From Octopus sinensis (lineage: Eukaryota): 64,000 bases of DNA. The notes beneath the pieces were generated by a model, which was not told the origin of the DNA, made no database searches, and saw nothing but the letters and a program-made list of their open reading frames with translations. The position numbers were made by a program, and so were the translations under genes. This document shows positions 62,571-64,000 of this stretch, one piece after another. Location: positions 107,880,001 to 107,944,000 of the forward strand of contig NC_042998.1 of the NCBI RefSeq assembly GCF_006345805.1. Reading direction: 5' to 3'. How positions within the stretch are numbered: position 1 is the first letter of the stretch; each line of letters starts with the position of its first letter.

Positions 62571-63005
62571 TATCATAAAAACCCATGTAATTTGTGCAGG
62601 TGGTTTTCAGGATAAAATTTGTTAAAAAAAGCTTCTACTCATGTAAATTCACACCCAAAAGTTTCAGAATTGCTGATATTGCTAGGGAGAGAAGGTTTTG
62701 AATTTAGTTGTATTTAGTATGATTTCACTTACTTATGATTAGATTTTATTAAATTTTCAATGAATAAAAATAATTTCTGTATAACAGGTATCACATTGAA
62801 AGCAATCAAATTACAAAATATTTGTGTTGTTTATAATAAACTTTATTTTACATTTCTTGCCCACAGGAGATTACGTCCAATCTTTAGGATGCTGTTGTGG
62901 GTCTTCTCAAATCATGATCATACGAAAAGTTGTTGATAAGAATTATCAACAAAAACAAAGCTGATAAATACGTACAGGTGTTGCAAATTAAGTTTAATTA
63001 CCATA
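62571..63005 (+). mobile_element. Terminal fragment of the same pogo/Tc2-like family, inverted relative to 50345-50778
   Basis: Reverse complement aligns by eye over about 430 bp at roughly 80-90% identity; starts tatcataaaaacccatgtaat. Confidence 0.8.
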
Positions 63006-63681
63006 TTTATGTTTAACCTGTTTATCATTAAGTAAATAATATATATACTCTATACACAACAAAATGTGAATCAAATACTTAAATAAATTTAAATATTAAA
63101 GCCATTAATTGTGAGTAAACAACTACATAAAAATGTAAACATTCATATGTTGTGCATAAATTGTCTGTTGTTTACTTAGAGTCATTTAAAGCACAAATAT
63201 GTAAACTAGGATGGTCATAATTGAAAACAGATTTGCTTAATCATTGAAGTTAAAGAGACACCACAACTACACAGCACTAAGCATATTCAAGAGCATCTAT
63301 GACATATTAATAAAGAAAATTAAAAACAACTAGCAAAACATGGAAGGAAGTTAGAGTAAGTTATACAAGAACTTTTAGAAACTGCTTGACTTTTGCCATG
63401 CATGCTCAAATTACAGACTAGCCTCACCTGTAAGCTTGCTTATAGAGAACAAGCAAAATCAATATCAAATAATTCAGCAGAATCATTCATCCCAAGGTCT
63501 GTGTATTTGAATTTGGTACATAAAGCACATGTATAAAATGGTGTAAAGCATGGAAAATTCCATATCACCCGAAATGAATAAATTAGCAGGCAATAATTAG
63601 TACAGTTAAGTTAAAGATACATTGTAGTTGGTAATTTAACTTGATATACAATTGAAATGAAAAAAGATATCTTAAGAGTAC

Positions 63682-63864
63682 CCTTTCATGCAGTTGCTTT
63701 AGCTGTTCTTGTAGATGGAAAATAGTTGATTTATCAAGTTCAAACTGTTCTTTTTCTTGTGCAGATATATCTTGCTTCTGCTTCAACTGTTGTAATTGTG
63801 TTGTCATTTTGTGAACATGTCTATTTAAATCAGAAGTGTAGTTTTGTAGAGATTGTATCATATC
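63682..63864 (-). CDS. CCDC171: Coiled-coil protein exon (first in window), 183 nt, phase 0-0: DMIQSLQNY...QLKQLHER
   Basis: Acceptor ttctttcaag|GAT and donor AGG|gtactc. Stop-free heptad-rich peptide, in frame with the five exons below. Gene name rests on recalled similarity of the downstream exons to human CCDC171. Confidence 0.75.
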
Positions 63865-64000
63865 CTTGAAAGAAACAAAGAAACAAATACTGAGATGTAT
63901 ATTACGTTACACAACCATTATATAAATATAATTAACCAGGACTGGAGAAAAAAAAAATTCAGGTGTAGAAGCAAGGCCCGGAATAAAATCTTAGTAAGTA

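Overview
AT-rich, microsatellite-rich animal genomic DNA. The repeat families and base composition suggest a coleoid cephalopod, probably Octopus (inference, not verified). The only host gene I can support is on the minus strand: six phase-compatible GT-AG exons (63864-63682, 62179-61988, 60427-60282, 52085-52031, 29884-29762, 29145-28999) splice into a stop-free 282-aa coiled-coil peptide that matches my recollection of the C-terminal region of CCDC171. I did not locate its next or last exon. The rest is intron or flank filled with mobile DNA: RTE-clade LINEs and many of their 3' tails, a nearly intact R4/Dong-type RLE LINE, four tRNA-derived SINE families, two mariner elements, a pogo/Tc2-like element, a piggyBac-like MITE and CR1-like remnants. 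The most interesting signals are RNA-structural. (1) A very young Penelope-like element (PLE) has 238-bp 100% identical inverted arms, a CCAAT/CRE/TATA promoter array, and a minimal hammerhead ribozyme carrying the compensatory U3-A8 core pair. (2) A tRNA-headed SINE ends in a minimal hammerhead. (3) A direct-repeat PLE derivative carries a third, variant hammerhead. (4) A ~61-nt tandem module in the RTE 3' UTR shows base-pair covariation and a hypervariable loop and matches no ribozyme class I can name. All coordinates, alignments and folds were done by eye; family names come from memory and need database confirmation.
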